64,000 nucleotides of DNA. Origin: an uncultured bacterium. GTDB lineage: Bacteria; Chlamydiota; Chlamydiia; Chlamydiales; SM23-39. Position numbers and translations under genes: made by a program. Below the pieces are notes generated by a model. It was not told the DNA's origin. It saw only the letters and a program-made list of their open reading frames with translations, and did no database searches. The DNA is taken from assembly GCA_963716985.1 (NCBI GenBank), contig OY970323.1, positions 1,632,001-1,696,000 of the forward strand, in the 5' to 3' direction. Of this stretch, positions 50,751-61,195 are shown piece after piece (the first letter of the stretch is position 1; every line of letters begins with the position of its first letter).

Positions 50751-52477
50751 ACCGTCAACGTAAATAGCGACACAACAACTTTGAACGGGGCAATCGATGG
50801 AGCCGGCTCTCTTACAAAAACGGGAAATGGAACTTTGTCTCTTTTCGGCACAAATACCTATTTTGGCTCGACAACCATCTCGAACGGAAGGCTCAACGCG
50901 AACAGCACGATTCACTCTCCGGCAGCAGGTGTTGTTGTAAATTCCGGAGCAACTCTTGGAGGAACGGGTACCATCACGGCGAATACCGTAACCATAAATG
51001 GGACTCTGAACCCCGGCAACTCTATAGGAACTCTAAATGTTGTAGGTCCCGTTACTTTGAACTCCTCGTCCAACTACCTGGTAGAGTTCGATGCTGCCAA
51101 TTGCGATCTTTTAAACGTGGCAGGGTCTGTTACGATTCAGCCGGGAGCCTCTGTTACACTGCAAGATGATCAATTTATTGCCAATCCTACCGTTTACCCG
51201 ATTATTACAGCAACAAGCCCTATCTCGGGCACATTTACAACGCTCAATAACTCCTATCTTTTTCTAACGGCCCAGCTCTCTTATTCCGTTGCCGACCAGG
51301 TACTTTTAATATTAAACAGAAAAAGCTTTGCTTCTGGCCTTCCTAGCAATGCTCCATTCAATGCTCTCTCTGTAGGTCTTGCCCTAGATCAGGTAAATCC
51401 CTTTAGCGGCAGCGACCTTGGCAACATCGTAAGTGATTTGATGCTAGCAACAAGCCAAAATGAGTTGATCCACGATCTTTTACAGATGCAGCCCTCCCAG
51501 CTCAAAGCTCTTGGCGTTTCTGCCACCAATACAACAATGCAAATGCATGCGATGATTGCCAATCATGCAGATTCCTATTTCAAGACTCCCTGTTCGTTGA
51601 GCGATAGAAAAAAGTGGGAAGTTTGGATCGATGCATTGGGAAATTTTTCTCATCAATCGCAGTTAAGGGGAGAATATGGATTTCATGATAAGACGGGCAG
51701 CTTTTTAATCGGGATCGATGCTTGCCCGATAAAAAATCTCTGTATTGGCATAGCTACTGCCTATACCTTCACTCATCTGGAATGGAACCGAAATCCATCT
51801 AAGGCAGATATCCAAAACGGCTACGGCATTCTTTATGCCAGCTGGTATTGTAGCCATTTCTTTGTCACATCCTCGCTCACCGGATCTTATGAACATACCA
51901 ATGCAAATCGCAGCATTGTCCTCTACACAAGCGATCTCAGCCGCACGGCCAACAGCTCTTTTTCGGGAGTGCAAGGGAGCGGTTTTTTCGAAATCGGAGG
52001 CATTTTTCGGCAAAACAAGTTTCAATTCATGCCTTTCGCCTCTCTCCATTATTGCTACCTACATCAAGACCATTTTAATGAAAAAGGAGCCATGGGCCTG
52101 AACTTGCAAGTGAAGGAAGCGAATGCAGACCTTCTTCGCAGCGAGGCGGGATTAAAAGTTTCTTATTGCCGCCGGACCAAAGATCGCGAATGGATCCCCA
52201 AACTTGGCGTTTCGGTGATTGAGGACAGCCGTTTTAAAGGCAAATATGGCCATGCAGAGTTTGCAGAAAATCAGGGCGTCTTTTTTACCGTCAAAGGACT
52301 GCGTCCTCAACATATGCTTATTTCTCCCAAAGCAAGCGTTCAGTTAAAGAAGGGCGAACATCTTTCCTGGATTTTGTCCTATGACGGGTTATTTGGAGGA
52401 AAATTCCATGACAATCGCACCGATTTTTCCATGAACTATTCCTTCTAATGTTTCAGGAAAAAATGCGTTAAATAAAA

Positions 52478-54253
52478 TCAGCTTGTCTTGGAGATTTTCG
52501 GGCGATTTTTTTTGATCTCGTCGAACTCTTTGGCCAAAAGAAGAGCTTCTTCGTGAGAACATAGAGCGCTTTGAATCTTTTGGCGCACGGCTTCACGACG
52601 GCTCATCCATTCGCGGTCTGATATCTTCTGCAATGTATGGGTAAAAAACTCTTCTGCTTTCTCAGGATAGACTTTTTTGGACAAGCACTCGGAGAGAAAA
52701 AGCTGATCTTCCGCATTTTTCAGCTCAATGGTCAAGGAGAGAAGATCAAGCGAGCGCTTTTGTTGGAACGCTTCAATGTAAAGAGCAAAAAGTCGTTTGC
52801 AGCTAGGGGTGCGAAAATGCTCTTCCTTTAGGTATTGAATCGCAAGCTCTATGAGCTGTTTTTTTTCCTCTCCCAAAAAAAAGAGAAGGCGCAAAAGATC
52901 GGATTCAAGCACTCGGTCGGGATCAAACTCCCCCGTCGTCACGTGATCCATTTTCTTTAAAAAGAGGTGGGGCGCCGCCTCTTCGTTCTGAAGGAGCATC
53001 GCCTCGGGCATTTGGGTCAAATGCGCCAGTTTCTTTAGACTTTCATGCACCATCAGCGGCAGGTCCCATTCGCGGATCTTTTTGGCAAGAAATTGCACCA
53101 TCTCGGCTTTTGCAGCGGGAGAGCCCATGTTGGTGGTTTTTGCATATTTTCCTACAAGAAAGGTCAGATAGTCCAAGCTATTATCTAGGTAGCTTTGCCA
53201 CGCCTCCGGCCCCTCGTCTCGCAGGATGAGATCGGGATCTTTTTTCTCCGGCAGCGCAAGAACAAACACCTCGATTGCTTTTTTCTGAAAGAGATTGCCT
53301 ACCTTGGCAGCAGCCTCCTGTCCGGCACTATCGCCATCAAAGGCAAGATAGACGCGGCTCACACCTAAATGGATCAGCTCTTCTGCATGTTCTTGGGTGA
53401 AAGCAGTTCCCTGCGAGGCGATCGTATCGTTAAATCCTGCATGGATCAAACGCATGGCATCGATCTGTCCTTCGACAATAATCGCCTGCCGCTCCTTCGC
53501 AATCCTTCTGCGGGAATAGTTCAAGCCGAAAAGAATTTTCGATTTTTTAAAAAGCAGTGTTTCGGAAGTGTTGATGTATTTCGGACCAAAAGTCTCTTCT
53601 TGAAATTTTCGTGCGGTGAATCCCACTACAGCACCCATCGCGTCCCGAATGGGAATCAAGATGCGCTCTTGAAAAAAATCTCTTCCCGAAGGATGGACAA
53701 GGCCTGCTTCTTCTAAAAGCTCGCGCCTCACTTTTTGTAGGGCCATCGTTCGTTGAAAAAGAGAGGGATCTTTCGGTGCATATCCGATTTGGAAGGCCGT
53801 TAAAAATTCCAGATCGATTCCCCGCTCAAAGAGATAGGAAAGGGCCGGCCTTGCCTCTTCGCTATGAAGGAGAAGAAAATGAAAAAAAACAAGAGCTTTT
53901 TCATTGACCTCTTTGAGAGCGGTTTTTTTTTGCGCTTCCTCATCCTTTTGGCCCTGCACCATTTCCAGAGAAACCTGAAACCTCTCCGCTAAATATTCCA
54001 CCGATTCCAAAAAACTCATCTTTTGATGATTCATAAGAAAGTGGATCGCGTCGCCATGCGCGCCGCATCCATAGCAATGATAATGATCATCTCCTCTCTG
54101 GATCATGAAGGAGGGCGTCCTCTCCTCGTGAAAGGGACAGCAAGCTTTAAAAAAAGCTCCAGCCTTGGAAAATGGGACATAGGGAGAGAGCACCTCGACC
54201 AGATCGATCCGCTGTCGAAGACGCTCTAAGCTCTCTTTTGTAAAAATGGGCAT
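52478..54253 (-). CDS. dnaG: DNA primase
   Basis: CPFHEERTPSF, YHCYGC, PKYINT, VEGQID, FDGDSAG, KDPD. Confidence 0.97.
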   Translation of the reverse strand: MPIFTKESLERLRQRIDLVEVLSPYVPFSKAGAFFKACCPFHEERTPSFMIQRGDDHYHCYGCGAHGDAIHFLMNHQKMSFLESVEYLAERFQVSLEMVQGQKDEEAQKKTALKEVNEKALVFFHFLLLHSEEARPALSYLFERGIDLEFLTAFQIGYAPKDPSLFQRTMALQKVRRELLEEAGLVHPSGRDFFQERILIPIRDAMGAVVGFTARKFQEETFGPKYINTSETLLFKKSKILFGLNYSRRRIAKERQAIIVEGQIDAMRLIHAGFNDTIASQGTAFTQEHAEELIHLGVSRVYLAFDGDSAGQEAAAKVGNLFQKKAIEVFVLALPEKKDPDLILRDEGPEAWQSYLDNSLDYLTFLVGKYAKTTNMGSPAAKAEMVQFLAKKIREWDLPLMVHESLKKLAHLTQMPEAMLLQNEEAAPHLFLKKMDHVTTGEFDPDRVLESDLLRLLFFLGEEKKQLIELAIQYLKEEHFRTPSCKRLFALYIEAFQQKRSLDLLSLTIELKNAEDQLFLSECLSKKVYPEKAEEFFTHTLQKISDREWMSRREAVRQKIQSALCSHEEALLLAKEFDEIKKNRPKISKTS

Positions 54254-54259
54254 AAAAAC

Positions 54260-55036
54260 CTAAAAGCTCTTGTGAACATAGGACGCTCGCCTATAGGTTA
54301 TTCTTTGCCATCCATGATTTTTCATAAAGCTATAAACTCTCTTTTCAAACACATCGCCTCTCGGGAAATGCGCTGCATCTTCTCGTAATTCCCCATAGAT
54401 GGGTCGTTGAAAATCTTTTGCCAAAACTAAAAACATCTGATCGGAAAAACCGCTTTTCGACACAAAGAAGTCCCCATCTTTAGTACAGCTCTCTTTTTCC
54501 GCTTCTTCATATCGCTCATTCCAGGTCAAGTTGGCGACCTTATATTTTTTGACCTTCTCCATCTTTTCCAGAGCCGGCTCGATCCATAAAGCTTTTTGAT
54601 CCAAAGTAACGTCTCCCGTCATGTAGAGAAGATAATCGCTTTGGCAAAAGTAGATGGCGCTTAAAGGGGCGAGAGCATTGTAATAAATCCAGGAGGGGGT
54701 CACATCTTTGTAATGACCGGCATCGCTCCCCATCCGAAAGTCCGATTGTTGGAGTTGAAAAAAATCCAAAATCTTTTTTTCATTTGGCCGGGACAAGTAG
54801 ATATGAGTGAGAATTCCTCTCTGTTGCAACTTTCGTGCATGAGAAAGCACTCGTTCTTCATCGCTTACGTTGTTGATAATCAAGATCTTTTCTTGAAAAG
54901 AAAACCCATGATTTTCGATCATTTTTTTGGCCAAATACTCTTCATCCAACAGAATTTTTTCCCAGTCTGCTTCCCAGCAAGAGGTGGCAAAAGAGACGCT
55001 TTTTGAATTTTTTTCTTTTCGAAAAAAACTCCACAT
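54260..55036 (-). CDS. Hypothetical protein, possibly glycosyltransferase-like
   Basis: 258-aa ORF coupled to dnaG; ILIINNV, DYLLYMTGD, FSDQ. Confidence 0.65.
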   Translation of the reverse strand: MWSFFRKEKNSKSVSFATSCWEADWEKILLDEEYLAKKMIENHGFSFQEKILIINNVSDEERVLSHARKLQQRGILTHIYLSRPNEKKILDFFQLQQSDFRMGSDAGHYKDVTPSWIYYNALAPLSAIYFCQSDYLLYMTGDVTLDQKALWIEPALEKMEKVKKYKVANLTWNERYEEAEKESCTKDGDFFVSKSGFSDQMFLVLAKDFQRPIYGELREDAAHFPRGDVFEKRVYSFMKNHGWQRITYRRASYVHKSF

Positions 55037-55106
55037 AGAAAACTTCCTTTAGGAGTATTTTAACATGCGCTACTCTCAAAAGCAAAAAAAGGTTTTTTTT
55101 CAGGCC

Positions 55107-57704
55107 ATGGAAACCACCACAACTCCCTTGATGCAGCAGTGGCAGTCTTGCAAAACCCAGGCAAAAGATGCCCTTCTTCTCTTTCGTCTGGGCGACTTTT
55201 ACGAAGCTTTTTATGAAGATGCCAAACTGCTTTCCAAAGAGCTCAGCTTAACGCTCACGCACAGACAAGACTCTCCGATGTGCGGAGTGCCTTTCCATGC
55301 GGTCGACCATTATATCGACAAGCTCATCGCGAAAGGATTTAAAATCGCTATCGCCGAACAGATGGAAGATCCCAAGAAAGGAAAAGCCCTCGTCAGGCGT
55401 GATATCGTCCGCATCATCACTCCGGGAACGATTGTCGAATCGCGCCTTCTTTCGGAAAAAAACAATAATTTTTTCCTCTCATTAAGTCAGATCGGAAAAA
55501 CCTTTGGGCTTGCGATCATCGATCTGACAACGGCCGAGTTTCGCGTATTGGAAATAGAGGAAGAGAAAGATCTTTTGACCGAGCTTTTGCGCTGGAAGCC
55601 CTCCGAATTGATCGTCTCGAAAAAATTTGTGCAAAGCCACCCTTCGTTTTTTTCTGAGCTTTCCTACGCCTTTGCCTTTCTATTGAATACGAAAGAAGAG
55701 TTCCATTTCGATTTGAGGATGACTACAGAAACTCTTATTTCTCATTTTCAGCTGCAAACCTTGGATGGGCTTGGCCTCGGAGGCATGAACGCTGCCATCG
55801 AAGCTGCCGGCGCCCTTTTATCCCACCTTTCGGAAGAGCTCCACGTCAACCTCTCTCACATCCGCCATCTCCAGATAGAAGAAGTCTCTTCCTATATGTC
55901 GCTCGATTACTCCTGCATGAAAAATCTCGAGCTCTTCGACTCTCTCTCCTCCGACAAAAAAAACACCTTGATCCATTTTCTCGACCAGACAGCCACTCCA
56001 ATGGGAGGAAGAAAACTTCGCCAGTGGCTCCACTCTCCTCTTCTTTCCATAGAGGATATTAGAAAAAGAGAAGATGCCATCGAAGAACTTTTGCAAAAAG
56101 AAGATCTCCTCGGCTCGCTCCCCTCGCTTCTCGATCCGATCAAAGATTTGGAAAGACTCAACATGAAAATCTGCAGCCGCATGGAATCTCCAAGGGATAT
56201 GACCTCTCTTCGCACTTCTTTAGAAGCGCTGCCCGGATTAAAAAAGGCCCTCTCCTCGCTCTGCTCTTCGCTTGTTCGGCAAGGAGTGGAAAAGCTTTTC
56301 GATCTCACCCCTCTTACAGAAATGATGAAAAAAATGCTGGCAGACCTTCCTCCTCTTCGCCTGTCCGAAGGGGATGTGATCCGCGACGGCGCCGATGCCC
56401 GCTTGGACGAGCTGCGCCTCATTTGCCGCGACAGCCGCAGTTGGATCGCCTCTTATCAAAACCAACTCCGGGAAGAAACCTCTATCAAGAATTTGAAAGT
56501 AGGATTTACGAAGATTTTTGGCTATTTCATCGAAGTGAGCCGCGGACAAACGGATAAGATCCCCCCCTCCTTTCAAAGAAGGCAAACGCTCTCTACGGCA
56601 GAGCGCTACTGCACGGAAGAACTGAAATCCTTCGAACAAAAAATCCTCACGTCTGAGGAAAGAAGCCTTGCCCTCGAGTCCTCGATTTATCAGCAGATTC
56701 GAGAAAAGGTTGCTAAGCATTTCGAAGAAATCTCTCAAATAGCCAGCGCTATCTCTTTGATCGATGCTCTTTTTGCTTTGGCGCTCATCGCCAAAAAGCA
56801 TCATTATACGCGGCCCATTGTAGACGAAGGCCATCTTCTGCAAATCAAAAATGGCCGCCACCCCATCATCGAGTCTTGCCTTGCTTCTTCAAAGTTCATC
56901 CCCAACGACACCCTGATGGACGGCGAAGAGAATCAGCTCTTTTTAATCACAGGTCCTAACATGGCGGGAAAATCCACCTACATCCGCCAGGTCGCGCTCA
57001 TTGTCATTCTTGCCCAGATAGGATCTTTTGTCCCGGCTGCATTTGCCCATGTCGGGATTGTCGACAAACTTTTTTCCAGAATCGGCGCTACCGACGACAT
57101 CGCCAAGGGACAATCCACATTCATGGTAGAAATGACCGAAACCGCCAATATACTCAATAACGCCACATCAAGGTCTCTTGTCCTGCTTGACGAGGTAGGA
57201 AGAGGAACCAGCACCTACGATGGAATTTCCATTGCTTGGGCGGTTGCGGAATTTCTTTTAACCACACCGGGAAAAAAAGCAAAAACCCTTTTTGCAACCC
57301 ATTATTGGGAACTCACCCATCTGGAGGGAAACATTCCGGGTGCCGTCAACTATAACGTCGCAGTGGAGGAAACATCTTCGGGCATTGTCTTTCTTCGCAA
57401 GATTGTGCGCGGGGGGACGGACAAAAGCTATGGCCTCCACGTAGCGAAATTGGCAGGAATCCCTCCAACCGCCCTCAAACGAGCCGAAGCTATGCTCGCA
57501 ACTCTGGAAAAACAGTCCAGCCGTCCACAGAAATTCGATTGCAAAAAAACAAAAAACGAGGAACAGCTCTCCCTTTTTTCTCCCGACGCTTTTTTCTTGT
57601 CCGAACTCAAAGAAACAATCAAGCGGATCGACTTAGATCGCACATCCCCCATCCAAGCCCATCAGAAACTCTTGGAGCTCCAACAAAAAGTTTCCCAACT
57701 TTGA
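55107..57704 (+). CDS. mutS: Mismatch repair protein MutS
   Basis: TPLMQQW, FRLGDFYE, TGPNMAGKSTY, STFMVEM, DEVGRGTST, ATHY. Confidence 0.98.
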   Translation: METTTTPLMQQWQSCKTQAKDALLLFRLGDFYEAFYEDAKLLSKELSLTLTHRQDSPMCGVPFHAVDHYIDKLIAKGFKIAIAEQMEDPKKGKALVRRDIVRIITPGTIVESRLLSEKNNNFFLSLSQIGKTFGLAIIDLTTAEFRVLEIEEEKDLLTELLRWKPSELIVSKKFVQSHPSFFSELSYAFAFLLNTKEEFHFDLRMTTETLISHFQLQTLDGLGLGGMNAAIEAAGALLSHLSEELHVNLSHIRHLQIEEVSSYMSLDYSCMKNLELFDSLSSDKKNTLIHFLDQTATPMGGRKLRQWLHSPLLSIEDIRKREDAIEELLQKEDLLGSLPSLLDPIKDLERLNMKICSRMESPRDMTSLRTSLEALPGLKKALSSLCSSLVRQGVEKLFDLTPLTEMMKKMLADLPPLRLSEGDVIRDGADARLDELRLICRDSRSWIASYQNQLREETSIKNLKVGFTKIFGYFIEVSRGQTDKIPPSFQRRQTLSTAERYCTEELKSFEQKILTSEERSLALESSIYQQIREKVAKHFEEISQIASAISLIDALFALALIAKKHHYTRPIVDEGHLLQIKNGRHPIIESCLASSKFIPNDTLMDGEENQLFLITGPNMAGKSTYIRQVALIVILAQIGSFVPAAFAHVGIVDKLFSRIGATDDIAKGQSTFMVEMTETANILNNATSRSLVLLDEVGRGTSTYDGISIAWAVAEFLLTTPGKKAKTLFATHYWELTHLEGNIPGAVNYNVAVEETSSGIVFLRKIVRGGTDKSYGLHVAKLAGIPPTALKRAEAMLATLEKQSSRPQKFDCKKTKNEEQLSLFSPDAFFLSELKETIKRIDLDRTSPIQAHQKLLELQQKVSQL

Positions 57705-57737
57705 TCTCTATGCTATACAAAACTTGAAAGGCATGAT

Positions 57738-59531
57738 ATGAACCACCATTTTCCTCTCTCTTCTTATCCGAAAGAGACGGGCATCTATCTCATGAAGGAT
57801 GCGCGCGGGAATGTTCTCTATGTTGGCAAAGCGAAAAATATTCAGAGTCGGTTAAAGCAATATTTTTCCAACACCGATCTCAGGCCCCAGATTACCCCCC
57901 TCCTTGCCCAAGTAACCTCTATCGAAACACTCATCGTCCCAACGGAAAAAGAGGCCCTTCTCCTCGAAAACAACCTCATCAAAAAATACCAACCCAAATA
58001 TAACATCCTTCTTAAAGATGATAAAACCTATGTTTCTCTTCTATTGACAAAACACACCTATCCGCGCCTAACCATCATTCGTCTTCATAAAAACCAAAAA
58101 ACAAAGGGCGAGCTCTTTGGACCCTACACAAGTGCAAAAGCCGCAAGAGAAGTTTTCGACCTTGTTTTGCACCTCTTTCCATTGCGGCAATGCTCGGATC
58201 CGGAACTGATCAATCGAACCCGTCCCTGTATCCTCTATGAAATGAAAAAATGCCTCGCCCCCTGCACGAAAAAATGCACGGAAAAAGAATATGATGCGAA
58301 AGTTGCAGAGGTAGCCTCCTTTCTCAAAGGGCAGAACAAAAACCTTCTACGATCCCTAAAAAAAGAGATGAAAATCGCATCTGAAAAGCTTCAATTTGAA
58401 AAGGCGCACCTCCTTTTACAGAAAATACGCATGATCGAGCATATTTTGGCCTCTCAGCATGTACAAACACACACACGAGAAAGCATTGATGTTCTGGGAC
58501 TTTATCAAGAGGGAAGTTCCTTTCTCATTGCCAAACTCTTGTATCGCGAAGGAAAGCTCATTGCATCGGAGCATTTTAGCTTTTCTAACATCCTCTCTAA
58601 GTCCGATGAACTTTTAGAATCGTTTCTATTGCAGCATTACCAGAAAGACCTTCCTAAAAAAATTCTCCTGCCCCTTTCCATTTTCCACAAGAAAGAGATC
58701 GAAGAGATCTTCCTTGCACAAAATCAGATCATCCAGATCCTTACTCCTCAAAAAGGACCTAAGAAAGAACTCATCTCCATTGCCAATCAAAATGCGAAAA
58801 GCCTTTTTGAGGGAGAAAAGAACCTCCTTTGCCATTACGAAAAACTCCTTCTATCTTTACAAGAAGAGCTCTCTTTGACCCATTTCCCAAAAAAAATACT
58901 CTGTTTCGACGTTGCCCATATGCAGGGGAAAGAGGTTGTCGGCGGAATGGTCACATACATCGACGGAAAAAGAGAGAAAAAGCAGACCAAGATTTTTTCC
59001 ATTAAAATCGATGAAAAAGGAGATATCCCTTCCCTTCGCCACATCCTTTTACGCGCCCTTTCCAAAGAAAAAGAGCTGCCCGATCTATTGCTCCTCGACG
59101 GAGGCAGAGCCCAGCTCAATGCAGCCCTTGACGTGCTCAAAGAACTAAACATCATCTCCATCGATGCGATCGCGATTGCTAAAGAAGAGGGACGGCATGA
59201 CCAAGGATTAAGAGCAGAAAAAATCTACCTTGCGAATCAAAAAGATCCTCTTTTTCTACCCGTTCGATCGCCCCTGCTTTTCTTTTTGCAAAAAATTCGG
59301 GACGAAACTCACCGACTGGCCATCTCCTTCCATCGAAAAACGCGGCAAAAAAAATGGACCGCCACTCTTCTTGATGAAATCAAGGGAATCGGACCGATCA
59401 AAAAAAGACGGCTTCTTTCCCATTTCAAAAGCATCGAAAATCTGAAAAAAGCACCATTCGAAGAGCTGCAATCCATTCAAGGGCTGACAAAAAAAGACTT
59501 AAGAGTCTTAACAAATTTGTTCAAAAAATAA
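57738..59531 (+). CDS. uvrC: Excinuclease ABC subunit C
   Basis: GIY..LYVGKAK, PKYNILLKDDK, PDLLLLDGG, IRDETHRLA, HhH GIGP. Confidence 0.97.
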   Translation: MNHHFPLSSYPKETGIYLMKDARGNVLYVGKAKNIQSRLKQYFSNTDLRPQITPLLAQVTSIETLIVPTEKEALLLENNLIKKYQPKYNILLKDDKTYVSLLLTKHTYPRLTIIRLHKNQKTKGELFGPYTSAKAAREVFDLVLHLFPLRQCSDPELINRTRPCILYEMKKCLAPCTKKCTEKEYDAKVAEVASFLKGQNKNLLRSLKKEMKIASEKLQFEKAHLLLQKIRMIEHILASQHVQTHTRESIDVLGLYQEGSSFLIAKLLYREGKLIASEHFSFSNILSKSDELLESFLLQHYQKDLPKKILLPLSIFHKKEIEEIFLAQNQIIQILTPQKGPKKELISIANQNAKSLFEGEKNLLCHYEKLLLSLQEELSLTHFPKKILCFDVAHMQGKEVVGGMVTYIDGKREKKQTKIFSIKIDEKGDIPSLRHILLRALSKEKELPDLLLLDGGRAQLNAALDVLKELNIISIDAIAIAKEEGRHDQGLRAEKIYLANQKDPLFLPVRSPLLFFLQKIRDETHRLAISFHRKTRQKKWTATLLDEIKGIGPIKKRRLLSHFKSIENLKKAPFEELQSIQGLTKKDLRVLTNLFKK

Positions 59532-59576
59532 CGTCAGGGAATTTCTGAGTGGGATCAAAAGCAAACTTCTTAAGAC

Positions 59577-59615
59577 AAAAAAAAGGCTTAAAGTGCATTT
59601 TACTTTAAGCCTTTT
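59577..59615. terminator. Bidirectional intrinsic terminator
   Basis: AAAAGGCTTAAAGT...ACTTTAAGCCTTTT between the convergent uvrC and OMP genes. Confidence 0.85.
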
Positions 59616-59630
59616 GAATTTTTTCAACTG

Positions 59631-60803
59631 TTAGAAGCTCAAATCAGAACGGAACGTTATACCCTGGATCTCTATTGGAAATTGAACTTCTCGATTGATA
59701 TCAAAATGTGCCTGATTCCACCAATAATTTAATTCCCAACCAAGATTGAATCCCCAATACATGCTTTCTTTGTTGAAGCAGATGCCCCAATCCATTCCTA
59801 AGATCAATTGGACATTTGGAGCAAACGCATTCTCAGAACTGCGCATAACGCCAGTTTCTTGAAGAGGTCCCGCAACAGAAGTCGAAAAATAATGCTCGGC
59901 TATTTTCAATTTTCCATAAAGAAGCGATCCGGTAATGAGTCCTGTAAAACCAAAGTTATGAGGAAATGTCCACTTCCCATCTATTCCAATTCTTGGACCA
60001 AAGCCCCAAAAATCATTCGAAATGTGATAGGAATCATAACGATTGAGAACGGCAACCGTCTGGCCAAAATGAGTATTCATGGATTGATCCAAAGAGGCAA
60101 AACGCAATCCCAAAATGGGTTGCAAGGCAAGCGCCTTTGTAATGTAAAAATCTCTTGCCAGTTGAAGATCTCCTACATTATGGTTCAATCTCCATTTGGC
60201 AGAGAGTGTTCTAAAAACTCCCGCAGGTGCATTGAATATGTAGGCTGCATTTGGCTGAATGCCAAGATTGACAGTCGATAACCCGACAGTATATGTCGCA
60301 AAATCACGTGCAATAAGGCTTTTACAGCCATCCAATCGAATCCATGTATAAATTCCTTGAACATTCCAATGATCATATCCGGAATTATATCCGGCCCCTA
60401 CACGAATTCCGGGGCTCCAATCAAAATGCACTTCATCCGGTTTTAGATTCGTATATACTTGTGCACTTGGTGTTTGATAGGGAGACCTATATTCAAAGGC
60501 AACAGTCCATCCATGATTAAATGCCTTCCAGTAAAGAAGGCTAATATCCGTAAAGTATCCTACACTTCCTGCACATCCAAATGCAGGTGGATTATTTCCA
60601 CCAAGAACATCGGAAACTTTCTTTTCAGAAATCTGATCCAACTTTCGTTCCACACATTCTAATCTTCTCGAAATTTCACTGGCAGCCGGCCGGCCAAAAG
60701 CTTGAGACAAAGATGGAGCATCTCCTTCCTTTTGCTCTGCAAAACCAGAGCTCATCAAAAGAACCCCTCCAAGGGTCCAAATAAATTTAGAACTTATACC
60801 CAT
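59631..60803 (-). CDS. Outer-membrane beta-barrel protein (MOMP-like/Lpg1974-type), copy 1
   Basis: Signal peptide, LYWKA, FDWSPGIRVGAGY, FWGFGPRIG, GWELNYWWNQ, terminal F. Confidence 0.85.
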   Translation of the reverse strand: MGISSKFIWTLGGVLLMSSGFAEQKEGDAPSLSQAFGRPAASEISRRLECVERKLDQISEKKVSDVLGGNNPPAFGCAGSVGYFTDISLLYWKAFNHGWTVAFEYRSPYQTPSAQVYTNLKPDEVHFDWSPGIRVGAGYNSGYDHWNVQGIYTWIRLDGCKSLIARDFATYTVGLSTVNLGIQPNAAYIFNAPAGVFRTLSAKWRLNHNVGDLQLARDFYITKALALQPILGLRFASLDQSMNTHFGQTVAVLNRYDSYHISNDFWGFGPRIGIDGKWTFPHNFGFTGLITGSLLYGKLKIAEHYFSTSVAGPLQETGVMRSSENAFAPNVQLILGMDWGICFNKESMYWGFNLGWELNYWWNQAHFDINREVQFPIEIQGITFRSDLSF

Positions 60804-61139
60804 GCCAAAACTCCTCTACATGCTTTTTCCCTATTCTAATCAGATTTTCTTTAAAAAATATATTAATATCATTGAATTTGATAAAAATTTTATATCTTTC
60901 TCCATTCTGACTAGCGCTAGTCGTTAATTTTCAATGACTTGCAAATTGCCTTGCACACCTTGAAATCCGTGCATTTGTTTGTCTGATAGCTCTGGAGTAA
61001 TATTTTCCACGGAAGGAGTGATTTTGGCCTTCCCGGAAATAAAGGAGAAATTCTCCGGTTGAACAGCCACTCATCCGGCCGAGGCATTTGGTAGATTGGG
61101 ATGCATGCAAAGGCCCCCATCTCCTGCTCTCCCAAAAAC

Positions 61140-61172
61140 AAAAAAGGCCTAAGGAACCCCCTTAGGCCTTTT
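61140..61172 (-). terminator. Intrinsic terminator of OMP copy 2
   Basis: AAAAGGCCTAAGG...CCTTAGGCCTTTT. Confidence 0.8.
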
Positions 61173-61195
61173 GGAATTTTACAACTGTGCAACGG

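Larger units (their letters stand above)
47369..52448 (+). pseudogene. Autotransporter/adhesin with passenger beta-strand repeats, split by IS1634
   Basis: Signal peptide plus W..PANW N-terminus (47369-47867); LTKTGxGTLxL..NxYxGGTNINGGTL repeats and a barrel ending YSF (49849-52448); excision restores 1032 aa (..NVSLGYLNSS..). Confidence 0.9.

Noticed and set aside
60910..61135. Spacer between OMP copies with palindrome GACTAGCGCTAGTC and a 91-aa ORF
   Set aside because: No recognisable protein, RNA motif, IR pair or TSD.
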